Positions 12,459-26,344 of a stretch of 64,000 nt of DNA are shown here, in pieces. The stretch's first letter is position 1; every line of letters starts with the position of its first letter. This DNA is from Octopus sinensis (lineage: Eukaryota): assembly GCF_006345805.1 (NCBI RefSeq), contig NC_043004.1, positions 86,800,001 through 86,864,000 on the forward strand. The letters are read 5' to 3'. The notes beneath the pieces were generated by a model that searched no databases, was not told the DNA's origin, and saw only the letters and a program-made list of their open reading frames with translations. Both the position numbers and the translations under genes were made by a program.

Positions 12459-15053
12459 TACACTGGAAAACACAAATAACAGAAGTTTGGAAAAAAAAAA
12501 TTGTAAGAAATATTTCGTTAAAAATTAGAGTCAACAGAATTCAATTGGAAATTTGTAATGAAACGTTTTTTTAAACGATAGCAAGGAAAAAAAAAATATC
12601 GAGTTTGTGAAAAACAACCCAAAATTTACAATAGCATGACCCTACTGTAGAAATTCACAACGGGATCAAGAAGTGGAGCATTTTAGAACAAATGGTTAAA
12701 AAAAATTCTTAGCATTTTGGCTCCTCAGCAATAATAAAGTTGTATACACACACCAAGGCGAACCCAATGCAATTAAACATACAGAAGACGGAAGGAGGCA
12801 AAAATACTTGGTGTTAACATTTTCTACTATGAAAAATGATTTGTTATATCGTATATAATTTTAAAATACCACATTTTGATTTTCAAAAAATAAAACTGGA
12901 GTGAATCAAAATATTTATGGAATGAAAAAAAAAAAAAAGAAAATACTGGAACACCTAGGAAATATAAATTTTGATAAACAATACATTTTAATGAATGGCT
13001 ACAAGTTGTTTTCTGGCTCTTCCACTGTCCCTCCAGCTTTACCCCTTCAATTGTATATTCGCCATACTGAATTTCTAGTTTTTCCCAAGCTAATACCAAA
13101 ATTTTAGCCACTGGAATAATTTATTTCCAACACATTACAAACAAACTGTTACAGAAGAAAAAAATATATATATGTGGATATTATGTATATTTTTCATAGA
13201 AAAACACATTTCAGTTTCTTTTTGATATTAAAACATATATTATTTTCACAACACTCAATCAATCAATCAATCAGTCTTAGAACCAATATATTATTTATAT
13301 ACTCTACACAACATCACATGATTGTGAGAAAGGTCGTTTAGTTTTCACAGAGAAGAAATAGAATATCACCAATGTTTGGATATATTTGATATTGCGCTGC
13401 AGATAAAAAAAAAAATATCCTCCCCTAGTGGATTATACATGTTAGAGAAATAAAATTGAGTCACAACTAAAAAAAAAAATCTAAAAGAATAAAGGAAACC
13501 AGACGAAAACAAATCAATCCTGAAGTTATAGAATTTTATATTCATGCATTTTAGTACTTTATTTCAGTTTCCTAATTGGCAATGCTGAGACACTGTTGCA
13601 AAATATGCTTGAAAAATCCATCCAGCTATCGGATTCGTGTAACTGCATATGCCTGTTCACATGAAAACAGATATATATACATACATACACACAAATGAAT
13701 ATTGTATTGATGATAGATATATTTTACACCCAACAAAATATATCTCAGGTGATTCCGTTGACAGGTGTATACACACACAAATAATGCAATAACTTGTTTA
13801 CATACAGGTGCTCAAGTCTTAGTTGCACACTTGATCACTGCAGGATGCAATAATTTATAAAGGTTCTAAGTTGCTGTTATTTAACCCAGGGTCAGTCCTA
13901 ATTGAGCAGACTTATGATCAAAGAATTTCCAGCCATGACCATACCACCTAGGACTGCATAATCCAATATGTTCCCCCATCCCTTTTTTTTTTAAATGGTG
14001 TTTTCTGACAAGATAAGCAACTACATAGAGGCTCACCTAATCACAGGTTCACTTAACACTAATTATTAAAAGAGGGGCAACAACATACATATTTTTGTGT
14101 GTTTCTGTGTACGAGTGCATAGAAAAATAAACATAAACACGGCTGTGTGGTTAAGAAGCTTCCTTTGCAACCATGTGGTTTTGGGTTCAGTCCCACTGCA
14201 AGAGCCTTCTACTAAAGCCCTAGGCCAACTAATGTTGTTCTAGAAGGAAACTGTGTGAAAACCTGTCACATGTGTGTGTGTGTGTCTGTTCCAATCCCTT
14301 ACTACTTGATAACTTAGCAAAAGAGACCAGTTGAATAAACACCAGGCTTAAAAATAAATACTGGGGTCGATCTGTTTAACTAAAACCTTTCAAGGTGGTG
14401 CTCCTGTATGGCTGCAGTCCAATGACAAATCTAGAAAATAGAAAAGATTTTTGTATTTATTTCTAAAACAAGTTTAATTACGAACTAAATCTTTGATTAA
14501 CATGAACATTCTACACCCAAAATAATTCTTTCATAAATGCTATCTCTGAAAAAACATAAATAGCACAGCAAGTTTCTTATTTCATATAATGCTTCATGTA
14601 ATAAACCCATACATGAAGAGATGTAGTTTCCCAACCATCTCGGAAGTTGGATCCTCCAATAAATCCAACAGTGCATAAAAGGGGTCTCTGTAAGTTGCAG
14701 TGAAGACAAACTATTGAGGAGTGCAGTAACTCTGAATGAAAATCTGATACAAGGTAGAGGGTCTATTTTAGTCCTGGCGAGGAGCTTCGCTTAGTGCTAG
14801 TGACACTGTGAAATACACTGAATCCATGCTGTATAAAGGTTGGTGATATACTGGAATATAGTTGTAAACCCATGCCAACATGGAATGGCAAATGTAAAAT
14901 GATCATGATCATACATTTTTTATAGATACATAAATACATATATATATACTGAGGGTGTCATGTGTTTGTATGTTATGCATATATATATATACACGTAAAT
15001 ACTGAACAATGAGAATGAATGCTCAAACCACATTGGTGAATAAAGATTCTTTA

Positions 15054-15229
15054 TTTGTGCCTAAAGGCTACCAATGGTTTCATGTTAAAGACGACTTCAA
15101 CAATAATCAAGCTTATCACATGGAACATCAGTGTTTGTCTCCATTTTGGATATGGACAATGATGTTCCATGTGATATAATTGTTGAGGTTTTCTTTAATA
15201 TGAAACCAATGGTAGCCTTAATACACAAA
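15054..15229. repeat. Imperfect palindrome with hammerhead-like GAAA-ACCAATGGT-A module
   Basis: Arms AAGGCTACCAATGGTTTCATGTTAAAG.../...CTTTAATATGAAACCAATGGTAGCCTT. Confidence 0.8.
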
Positions 15230-15574
15230 GTACACACACACACACACACACATACATATATAAAACATGATAAACGCAAGATGCAGTTTACATTATTTGT
15301 TTCCTACATATGTTTCACCATTTTGGTTATCTGCTTTTCTGCAGTGGGTATTACAAGTGCAATTGGATACTAAAGTAAAACAGTTCTTCAGGGAAACACT
15401 TTATTGCATAATGCTTACACAAATTGAATTCTCTGTATAACATAAGTAGTAATACTAATAAGTACATTAGTAACCACATCACTTTACCTAGAAGTAGACC
15501 AAATGATGATATCATATATGGAGCTCTAAACTCACCAGTAGCAGTCATACATGTGACTGTACACACAAAAATTG

Positions 15575-15614
<40 letters not shown>

Positions 15615-15790
15615 AATTCAAATTAATGAATAAAAAAACAGACAATATGAGGATGTGAACAAGACATGTATTAGCTTGATGCTCGGTGAAAAGAGAGAGT
15701 TTGATATTTCGAGCAAAGCTCTTCGTAGGAAAGGAGAAAGGGAAAAGTCCAAAGAAGGAAAAGAAACCACCAATGACACATGTGTTGTTA

Positions 15791-16279
15791 CATGGTGTCC
15801 CAGAATTAACTATCTAGTTCAGTGAAATCAGATGATTTTTTTTAAAACTCACTTTTATCTATGTGTAAATTTTTTATTTTGCTTATAATTAAAAAAATTT
15901 TTTTTCATAATTTTATTTTCATTCCTGTTGGATCCCACTTATCTGTCCAGAATGGGTGTTTTTCAATTTGGCTGCAATCGTTTTCTCTACCCCATCCCCA
16001 GGATGGAGCAACAGTTTAGCTAAACTTGAACAATGCATTCGGTTAACAGTGCAGGAGATAACTTCTGAAATGCTTCAAAATGTGGTCAGTGCTGAGGATA
16101 GAGCTGAAATTTTCAGAAATATAGATGGAGCACATGTTGAAGAATTTTCAATAAATTTTGACATAAGATTTATAAATCTAATTGTTTTGGTACCATAATT
16201 AAGTAATAAACATAAAATTATGTCACTTTCTTTTTAATTTACCCAATTTCATTGAAATAGTTAATTCTGGGACACTGTG
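15791..16279 (+). mobile_element. Internally deleted Tc1/mariner element
   Basis: TIRs CATGGTGTCCCAGAATTAACT / AGTTAATTCTGGGACACTGTG with TA flanks. ORF 15956-16198 ends in a transposase C-terminal-like KLEQCI...ITSEMLQNV...R...GAHVE. Confidence 0.8.
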
Positions 16280-17700
16280 TATATATAAATTTCTACATAT
16301 AATATGCACAGACACACACACACACACACATATATATATACAGTAACAGTCAGTTTAATGAAATGATTAAATGGCTTTCAGATAACAATAATAATATTGG
16401 ATAATCACAATGGTCTTAGCCAAATAGTCAACATTCTTGTAATAAAGGGAAGTAATAATTACATATTCACTATTATAATTTATTTATTATATTGCACATT
16501 AGAGTATATTATATTAAAAACTCTATTTTTCTTTTAATACTGAAACAATAATAAATAACTTAATATTTGGTTCAATTTAATGGGGTTTTAGGGTTTATAT
16601 GTATCTATATAAACACATGAGTACATGGGTGCAAAACAAGGTGAATATATATATATAAATATGTATATACAGAGTGGATAGCAAATTAGATGCTACATAC
16701 CCTGATTGGTACACTGCCCCACAGTGCAGATAATCACTGCATATCAGAGTTCTAGAACAGACTGTAATGTTATGTAACTGGGAAAGAATAGCATGCAGGT
16801 GGATTATGGGTTTGTCTTAAACATTCAGCTTATTACTTCCTGACCATACCTCAGCTTAAACGTAATTGACTAGGGGTTACAGCAGCAATATTTTGAAACA
16901 GAATCACTCAAGAAAATGTATCAAAGCAAATATTTGTGTTTTTAAAAAACACACTTGATCAGTTCAATCTCCAATCATCTTCACTCACTCTCTCTCAATA
17001 TATATATATATATACACACACACAAACATATACAGCTATATTAATGTGTGTGTGTGTATACATACATCGCTCTCTCTCTCTCTCTCTGTATGTATATGCA
17101 CGCATGCACACACTTGTGTATGTGTGTGTGGTAGGCTGGATCTGAACTCAGAACAATTACTTCTAATGGTATAAGAAAATTGCAACCAGCCCCATGCTTG
17201 AATAATGATGTAAGGAGCATTTAAAAACAGGTTCTGAGTTCAAATCTACCCAAGAAAAATATAAGAAGTACATTCACCTCAAGACAGACACAGGTCAGTT
17301 TCATCAATCACAATACCTCAGATATTATGAAATATAAATACAATTATATTTCATTCTCTAATATAAATGGCAACACTTTGCCCATCAACAAAGTCTTTTT
17401 ATAGATCTCATGTCATATAATCATTATCACTGGGGTTATTGATGATATCCTCTTTAAAAAAAAAAAAGGTTTTGCTCCATGCCAGCATTAGAAATATTTT
17501 TGAATTTCTGAGACAAGGAATTATAGTGTCTTCACAGTGTTTTGGCCATAGTACCTTCTGGTTTTCTTAAGATGCCTGTTACATTTGGTAATGTCCTCAG
17601 ATGTCAACTCAAAAATTAACCTGCACCAGCATGAAAAACATTTCATAATCACACACACGTTTATGACATAAGAATTCAGAAACATTGAGAGATGTGAAAT

Positions 17701-17863
17701 AATTTGTTTTTAATGGTGAAACTTAAAAGGAGATAAAGCTATAAATAATAATGTGTAAATACCAAGTTAAAAACCCTTTCCTATCCAAAGGGATTTTTAA
17801 CCCAAATTACAAGCTATTGTTTATAGCTTTATCTACTTCAAGTTCCACTGTTAAAAACAAATT
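17701..17863. repeat. ~163-bp imperfect palindrome
   Basis: AATTTGTTTTTAATGGTGAAACTT...AGATAAAGCTATAAATAATA / TATTGTTTATAGCTTTATCT...AAGTTCCACTGTTAAAAACAAATT. Confidence 0.85.
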
Positions 17864-19395
17864 ATAAATATGTATATATCTGTATATAGCTTGCATGAAG
17901 CATTGTCTGATGTAGATGTTTTTAATTTTTTTAAAGCCAAAACAAGGTGAATAATAAGAAGGAATACAAGTCCATGGTTTGTATTTTTACCTTGTATTAT
18001 TTCTTGGAACTTGCATTTTTTTGGCTTTTTATTCTAATAGTTGATATTATACAGGATTTTTCTTTTTGGGTGGGGGTGGGGGAATAGCATGGGAGAAACA
18101 AGTGTTCATATTCACAAACACAATATGACACATGAAATAGGATGCATACAAAGTGTAATTATTATTGATATACATACTCTGAGGCGTCAATATTAAAAAC
18201 ATTTTAACAGTTGTAGGCTTAAGAAGTTATCAGTTATACACACATGTTGAGTACATCTATGATTAACATTCTAGCTATGACCATCACATCTATTTTCAGA
18301 CATAGTGTATCTAGAACTACATTATCGTATGTGCCCTTCCCTTTTCTAACAGGGAGATTTGACTGCTATTTCAAGCAGGCTTAGTCAATGGCTTGTCACA
18401 GATGTGTGCATACAGTTTATGTTCTCAAATGGAAGAACATAGGTGGTGTTTAGCTTTGTAACTCAGTTGAATTGTTAAACTGTACATGATCTTAATTACC
18501 TGTAGAGATTTAGGGGAAGAAAGGCTTGCTCCTGTTCCTCTTGAGTACAAAGATGGAATTAAAGCTGAGCACAGTTTAACAAAACAATCAGCCACTGCTC
18601 AGTACAATGAATCATGCTTCTCAACCTTCCTTTCGCACAATCTACTTAGAGCCACTGACAGTTTAAAGTAAGAGCTATAGATACAACAAAGTCAGTTATG
18701 GTGACAAGATACAAACTGATAATATCTTGACTAGGTGTTCATTTCTTAATCAACAGGGCCATCTCAATTTCTACAAGTACATTGAATCAGTTAACATATT
18801 TGTAGGTACTAGATAACCAATTACAAGCCATAGTCATACCATCGTACTGACTATGTGATACTCGTATGCTATCTTTACCTTAGGATAAAGGAATGCATTG
18901 AAATCATAGTATGGATTGATACACAAAATTTATTATAGCAAATGCTGCTCTCAGAGTACTCATGTGGAATTTTCTAAAACATTAAATATATTTCAAAATC
19001 GGGTCTAAGCATTGTTTTCTACAGTTTTGTTTTTCAACAGAATCATTAAACTATAATTTTTTCAAAGTCTCTTTCTTTCTCCATTTCTTCTACTCTCTAT
19101 AATACATACATATGTACACCCACACACTCACTCACACATCTGGCAAACCAATGGAGTATTTTCAAACAATAAATAAATTGAGATAAAAATGAAAAATACT
19201 GAATAAAAATAAACTACTATAATCATTTTCTCAAATCAATTTCTTCCAATAGGAACTTTTTTTTTATTGAACTATCCAAGGCTATCACACTTTTCCTCAC
19301 ACTCAATTAAAAAATAATAAATAAAATAAGACAGAAATATAAACCTCATTTTCACGTAGGAAGATTTTGTTTACCGAACCTATAGATGATGTGGT

Positions 19396-19658
19396 CTAGG
19401 TTTTCTTTTCTAATTGCTTTGCTAATGGTTCCAGGTGTTCCAAATAATGGTAATGGTACTGCATTGTAGCTAAAAGGCCTTTATCATTTTGTACAAAGTC
19501 TTTGCTGGAGTAATCAATATAATCTCCATTCAGGGTGGTCATTTTCCCGTTGAGTGCATTTAAAATTGCATTGCCAGCACAGATATCCCATTTCTTGATA
19601 GCTGTTGTGTGTACATATGCATTTGATAGCCCTTTAACAACATTTAAAGCTTTGTAAC
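19396..19658 (-). CDS. IMPAD1: IMPAD1/BPNT2 coding exon 5 (to stop)
   Basis: GYKAL...AYVHTTAIKKWDICAGNAILNALNGKMTTLNG, the family motif WDxxAGxxI. Acceptor TTTCCAG|GT, stop TAG at 19398-19396. Confidence 0.95.
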
Positions 19659-20116
19659 CTGGAAAGAAAAAAGAGAGAATACTATAATACGATGTATGAT
19701 AATACAAATGAACAGTAATTATTCTCTGGAGAGGAATATAGTCAAGAATATGACCCCCAGAAGGATGAAAAGGCAAAATTAATCTGAATGAGATTTGATC
19801 TCAGAATGTAAAGGTTCATAACTAACTTCTGCAAATAGTTTGCTGATATATGTTTTTTTTTTTTTTAAACATTTATTCAAAGAACATTTATCAAATAATT
19901 GTAATGCTATTAAGAATACATTGGTCTTGGGATGCTACAGCTAGTCCAATCATGTTTTTGTAGTATTTTCATATACAAGAGTTAAAAGTCTTTATTTACT
20001 TACAATATCTACCAGGTCAAATGACAACAAACAAGTTTGTAGGGACATGGTATCTCTGACACAAAATTTGCTGTAAGTGTTATACATTTTAGACTAGAAA
20101 CTGTGAATATGCTCAC

Positions 20117-20293
20117 CTGCTCCACCAGCTTCAGTCACAACAGTGTCGTCTCCAAATGCTTTTTTGATAACATCTACTACTTTTCCTGGATGAGAACGGG
20201 AAACAATGATTTGTGCAGGCTTCTTATTGGACAAGTGGACTTTCTCCAAGGGTTTTAAATTTGATGAATGCCCATAACTCACCCATGCCCAAT
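20117..20293 (-). CDS. IMPAD1: IMPAD1/BPNT2 coding exon 4
   Basis: (Y)WAWVSYG...IIVSRSHPG...AGGAG. Acceptor TTTTCAG|AT, donor G|GTGAGC; 177 nt, phase 1 to 1. Confidence 0.94.
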
Positions 20294-20408
20294 CTGAAAA
20301 TAGGAGTCCAAAATTAAAGATGAAGAGAAAGACAAAGAATAAAGAATGTTGGGCAAAAGTGTGAAATATTAACTATTTTAAAAAGCTGTGTCTAAGAAAA
20401 ACACTTAC

Positions 20409-20504
20409 AAGTTTGATCATCAAATGGACTATGAATAACACCAATTGTAGGATCACCATTCACAGCCACACAAACCATGGTTGTAACATATTGACGTAGG
20501 TCCT
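20409..20504 (-). CDS. IMPAD1: IMPAD1/BPNT2 coding exon 3 (not in ORF track)
   Basis: Manual translation (E)[31 protein letters not shown]. Acceptor TTTCACAG|AG, donor T|GTAAGT; 96 nt, phase 1 to 1. Confidence 0.93.
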
Positions 20505-20562
20505 CTGTGAAAGAAAAAGGACAATACAAGGAAGAAAAATTATAAAATTATATTATTTCAGT

Positions 20563-21293
20563 CAATCCTTTAACATTCAGATGTCTGTCAAAGGTAATGC
20601 TTATTTTTACTCATTGTTTTGAGTATCGTAAATCCTCGAGCATAGTCCGCCATTGAGTATAATACATAGGGGATTTTTAAGGGGCTGTACCTCTGAAAAC
20701 CCTAAACCTTGTGTATAATACACACCCCTTCTCTATCTTGAGTCAAGAAGGACTATATAACGTCCTTGGTTTGTAAAAATGTACACGGTAACGTCCTTTA
20801 TTATTATTGTATATATAACATAATGCAAACGGGTAACTTTTTTGTGCATTTTGTTTGCAGAAATAAAGAAATAACAGCATTTAACAAATATTGTTTACTG
20901 CAAGTTATGGATGATTCTTTTATGACTTCATTGCTTTCAGGCTTAGCTTAAGGTATTTTTGTGCCTGACATCACAAAATGCGTCTGAATAAACATTGCTG
21001 GACAGCAAATAGAGACTCGGACATTGTTTAGAAAATAATTTTCATTTTTAACCTCGTAGATAGTACGCACTAGGGATTTTGACCTTTAAATTTGGGGGAA
21101 AAAATGCGGATTATACTCGAGGATTTACGGTATACTCATTGTTATCTTGCAGCTTAGAGATTTTGATGATGTGATTGTTTTACTTTTAGAATGGCATTGT
21201 AAGGTAGGTATAAGAGGCCAGATCTGGCTGGTTTAAACATAAAACAGGTAGAATATTTGGGCCTGATGAGTGGTTTAAATGCTAAAGTGTTAA
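20563..21293. mobile_element. piggyBac-like MITE hosting a nested pogo-like MITE
   Basis: Ends CCTTTAACATT / AATGCTAAAGTG-TTAA; a similar end occurs at about 62527-62542. Confidence 0.5.
20626..21130. mobile_element. Tc1/mariner-superfamily (pogo-like) MITE, copy 1
   Basis: TIRs (C/T)CGTAAATCCTCGAG(C/T)ATA(G/A)TCCGC with TA flanks; homologous to 62599-63120 in opposite orientation. Confidence 0.88.
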
Positions 21294-21489
21294 CATACAT
21301 TTTACAAGAATGGAGGTTGGTTAGCCATATCAAACTGGTAGTAATTCAACAAGTGTTGTAACAATTAGTAACAAAATGTTTAATAAGGGTTAAGGCTTTA
21401 CAGTTGGATGACTTACTTCAAGCCAGCTATAGAGATGTATAGATAAATATTGGGGAAAATAAAAGAGAGAGAGAGAGATAAAGATACAT

Positions 21490-21858
21490 TCTTTTCTACT
21501 CTAGGCACAAGGCACGACATTTTTTGGGAAGGGGCCAGTTGATTAGATCGATCCCAATATGCAACAGGTACTTAATTTACTGACCCCGAAAAGATGAAAG
21601 GCAAAGTCAACCTTGGTGGAATTTGTACTCAGAATATAGAGACAGACAAAATACCGTTAAGCATTTCACCTGGCGTACTCACAAGAACAGACAAAGGGAT
21701 TAAGTTGATTAAATCAACCCCAGTGTGTAACTGGTACTTAATTTATCGACCCCGAAAAGATAAAAGGCAAAGTCAACCTTGGCAGAATTTGAACTCAGAA
21801 TGTAACAGCAGACAAAATATCGCTAGGCATTTCGCCTGGCGTGCTAACGTTTCTGCCT
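21490..21858 (-). mobile_element. SINE family B dimer
   Basis: Two tandem GACCCCGAAA..GAT.AAAGGCAAAGTCAACCTTGG cores. Confidence 0.8.
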
Positions 21859-23052
21859 TAGAGATAAAGATATATTATGCAGCAAATGTTACAAGCTAAT
21901 TAACTTCCTAGACAATGGACTCTCAAAAATTTTCTTCCAGCATACTCCTTCATCATACACAACAGTGTTGATGTACCCTTCATTATGTCCAGTAGTATTA
22001 GTGTACTCCATGTGAAAAATATAGTGCAAAATGGTAAGATACCATAGAACAGACAACAGACATGTTATTTGTTATTATTGTTTTTCATCTTTCTGAGGTC
22101 AATAAACTCAAGTACCAATTAAGTACTGGAGTCAATATAACTGATTGCTCCCTCTCACAAAATTACTGCTCATGCATCTCATCATCATCATCATCATTTA
22201 ACGTCTGCTTTCCATGCTAACATGGGTTGGACGATCTGACTGAGGACTGGCGAACCAGATGGCTGCACCAGGCTCCAATCTGATCTGGCAGAGTTTCTAC
22301 AGCTGGATGCCCTTCCTAACGCCATGTAAGAAATCAATTTTATTCAACTCTTCTGACACCAACCTACTTGAGACTACCCTTAGTTCTATGAAAACAAGCT
22401 TCCTGTTTTAAAGTAATCTTAATTAAAACCTTCCATCAAAATTTCATGTTAATGTTCCAAATCCCTGTTTAATAAGCACAAGTTATTTTGCTAAATTCTT
22501 CATTATTTTCGAAATTAATTGAAACAAATGACAGTGTATTTCAACAGGAAAAAAGGTAACAAAAAGGTTTCTAATTTAATGTTCCTTTTTTTTTTTTTCT
22601 AATGAGCTGGATTAACTTTTCCCATTCAAAAAAGTAACTCAGTTCTAGGCACAGTTTCAGAGGGGCAACCTGCATCTTACATTCTCAGTTGATAGTTTTA
22701 CATGAAATTTACTTTTCAGTTACAAACACTGCTGAAAACCTTGTACACAAAGATAAGCAGAGGGGAATAGCAAACAGCTCTCCACACATTGCCTAAACAT
22801 ATAAATTGCATTTAATTCATTGTGGTTACTTCAAAATCACAGTGTCCTTCACACATCCTCGCAATTTTCATTGAGTGTCCCAAGGGGTTTGAGAACTCCT
22901 GACCTAGAATAACCAATAGTATACAGAAGATGGCGATTTCAGAGCAAATGGTGATACAGTATGACTAAATGCTTAATCGTATCGAAGCAGAGCTTAAATA
23001 TTGCTCTCTTTTTCAAAATCCCACAGCAATCTATTTTGCTTTTTATTCCTGT

Positions 23053-23431
23053 AGGTGTGGAGTGGCTGGGTGATAAGTAGCTTGCTTACCAACCATATGG
23101 TCCTGGGTTCAGTCCCACTGCGTGGCACCTTGGGCAAGTGTCTTCTACTTTAGCCTCGGGCTGACCAAAGCCTTGTGAGTGGTTTTGGTAGACGGAAAGT
23201 GGAAGAAGCCTGTCGTATATGTATATATATATATATGTTTGTGTGTCTGTTTGTCCCCTCAGCATCACTTGATAACTGATGCTGGTGTGTTTACGTCCCC
23301 ATAACTTAGCGGTTCGGCATAAGAAACCAATAGAATAAGTACTAGTCTTACAAAGAATAAGCTCTGGGGTCAATTTGCTTGACTATAAAGGTGGTGCTTC
23401 CAGACTGAAAGAAGTAAAAGAGTAAAGAGTA
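23053..23431 (+). mobile_element. SINE family A (IMPAD1 intron 2)
   Basis: Full-length match to 8430-8791. Confidence 0.9.
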
Positions 23432-23524
23432 ATTAAAAAAAAGCTACCTTTAAGATATTGAAAATCCAATTCATGCAACTTTCAAAAATGCTCTGGTATA
23501 TTAGAAAGGAATGAGATACAAAAC

Positions 23525-23728
23525 TGTTGTTATTTAGCACCAGGTAGCCTTTACTGATCCAACCTATGATCAAAGGCATTCAAGCCATAATCATCCCATT
23601 TTTTTTATATACGATGGGCTATGTTATCTAATGTCTCCTACTTATTTTTACAGATGGCAGTGTGTTATTTAAGGGAAATTTTGACTGTTATTTTCAGCAA
23701 GTTGAGTGACCACAGAGAGGCTCCCTCA
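23525..23728 (-). mobile_element. ~200-bp non-tRNA interspersed repeat (family H) with (CAA)n-like tail
   Basis: Homologous copies at about 13870-14036, 18260-18390, 35575-35775 and 41578-41760 (-), and 36745-36935 and 62553-63278 (+). Confidence 0.7.
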
Positions 23729-24256
23729 TTAATTATATTAACAAAAGTTGTAAATTTCTAAGTAAAAGACTATATCTGATTGAATCAACTATCAACTAGA
23801 CTGGTGCCGAACTAAGCTCAAAGGCATGAAAAACAAAGTCAGTTCTATTGAATTCAGAATGTTGAGGAGCACATTATAGATTTTTATTGAAATCCAATTA
23901 GCCTATATTGAACTGGATGTTAGTGTAATATGTATGCAAAGTTTCATGAATATTGGTTTGCTGGTTTAGGCACTAAGATGGTAATAGACAGAAATTGCTA
24001 TATATATATATATATATATATATTTGGCCGATGCCAGCGCCACCTTGACTGGCTTCCGTGCCAGTGGTACATAAAAAGCACCCACTACATTCACAGAGTG
24101 GTTGGCGTTAGGAAGGGTATCCAGCTGTAGAAACACTGCCAGATCAGACTGGAGCCTGGTGTAGCCTCCTGGCTTCCCAGACCCCAGTCGAACTGTCCAA
24201 TCCATACTAGCATGGAAAACGGACGTTAAACGATGATGATGATATATATATATATA

Positions 24257-25040
24257 CAGTACTGTGCAAAAGTCTTTAACTACTTTAAGCCATTGTAAAT
24301 TTCTACCAATTGCCATGTGGATGTTTCGCATTGCGCTTTTATAGATGAAACATTGGCCTTGTTGGAGTCATTTCTATACCTAATCATTATATTTTGTAGT
24401 AGGGGTTCTGAATGAGAGGGAAAGATGAAAGACGACCACTAAAAATGGCCGTGCAGAAGTTTTTAGTTACCTCACATAAACCAGTCAAGATACAGTGTTT
24501 TAAAATAGAAAAATGTCTATAATGAAAATTTATTACATAGTGTTCATTTCAAGAAGTTACTGTACATTGTTAATATTTCGTGTGGCTTCTCTTAGCTTGA
24601 ATCCTTGCTTCAACGTGCCTCGGAAGTGATGTGTACAAATCCTTCACCATCTTTACAGGTATGAGATGCGATTCTCTGTGGCTGAGCTCTCACAACTCTT
24701 CAGGATTGCGTGAATTCTTCTGACAAACTCTTCTCTTTAGTTCTGTCCACATTTGCTTGGTGATATTTCAGTCAGGGCTCTGAGCTGGCTAATCTTTCAA
24801 TACAGTGACACCTCCATCAGCCAGACTATTTTGTGCTGCATGCGGTCTGTGGCATGGAGCTCCATCATGTTGAAAATCATCACCTTCATCCAAGTCTGGT
24901 ACCAAATTGTCCTTCAGCAACTGGATATATTTGGCACCATTCAAGTTACTGTCAATTTTAACCAACTTTCTTGAACCATCACTTTTTACGTATCCTCAAA
25001 CTTCACTGTTTTTGTCAAGTAACATGGGTCGTTTTGCTTT
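24257..25040 (-). mobile_element. Tc1-like (DD34E) transposon remnant
   Basis: TIR-like CAGTACTGTGCAAAAGT after TA. Minus-strand peptides DFQHDGAPCH, PAQSPD*NITKQMWTELKR and LYTSLPRHVEARIQAK. Confidence 0.8.
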
Positions 25041-26344
25041 CTAATAAGTGAGAATTTGTTAGAAAGCCTCCTTTTTGTGCATGTGTGGGGTGGGTGGGGT
25101 GGGGTGAGATCATTTGTGTATAGATTAAAATAGTTACTCAGACTTTCATGCCCTGGTTATTTTCCCTGTACACTTAAAACAACATTATGATATTACGGTA
25201 GATCCAGATGGACAGCAAAACTATTTTCCATCAAGGGAAAAACATACTAAAATGTTCACTGAATGCATGGGAAAATACTCAGTACATGAACTTTTGAATC
25301 ATCAACATTTTAACATCCACTTTTCCATGCTTGCATGGGCCAGACAGAATTTGCTGAGGCAGATTTTCTATGACTGGATGCCCTTCCTGTCACCAACCTT
25401 CACCAGTTTCCAAGTAAGATGATATTTTCCTATGATCAGACATGTTTTCACAGAAGACTGGAAACAAAAGGCAGTAGCATGGCAGTGAAAATGATTTACA
25501 ACTATCACATGATATCAAAGCAAGGAAATAGTAGCACCCTCATGCATACATAACAACCTTCTCTCAGTTTCTGTACACTCACAGTGGGACTGAACCTAGA
25601 GCCACGTGGTTAAGAAGCAAACTTTTTACCACACAGCATAAATTTCAGACAGAAAAAAAGACCAGCAGGCCTTAACCAACACGATATCTACCACCTGGCA
25701 AGTCATATATGCCTAGTTCAAGTCCAAATCAAAGTAATCTGTTACTCTTTATTTTGTCTGTTTCAACGTTTGTAATTGTTTGGTATGATTCACAATAATT
25801 TTACTTGTCTTTGCCATTTTCCTTCTCTGAAGCAATAAAACTCTTCTATCAAAACTTGTAAGAGAATTGTTACTGATATCTTTTCCCTGTTAAATCAATA
25901 CATAAAAGTGAATTCTGAAAAAAAGGATTTATTTTTTATTTCTATATTTAATTTGTAACTGAATAATAGGTTAGCATGACTATCATTTTGTTTATAAACT
26001 GGTAAGAGTCATATAAAAAAAAAAATCCATCTGTTCAATAATTGGATTTCTCTTTTTGAATAAAATTATTACAACAGCTGCAAGAATTCAATGACTTTTT
26101 TTTATTTCATAAATACAAAGCAAAATGGATGTAATTAAGGATACTTTCAGCTTAATAATAATATCTGCTGGACTATCAGACTATTTCTAGAGCTTATTTT
26201 TGGATAATGAAACAGATTGTTGGTTACTAATCTATCTCTACATTATTTTCATTTGTAAGTGCAAGTGAATGTGTGTGTGAGAGAGAGATCGTCATTGTTT
26301 CAACACCCATTTTTTAATGCTTGCTTGGGTCAGATGTGGTATAT

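Noticed and set aside
23680-23728. Complete HDV-like ribozyme in family H
   Set aside because: No P1 5' strand or clear P1.1 was seen in any copy; kept only as a partial-motif hypothesis.
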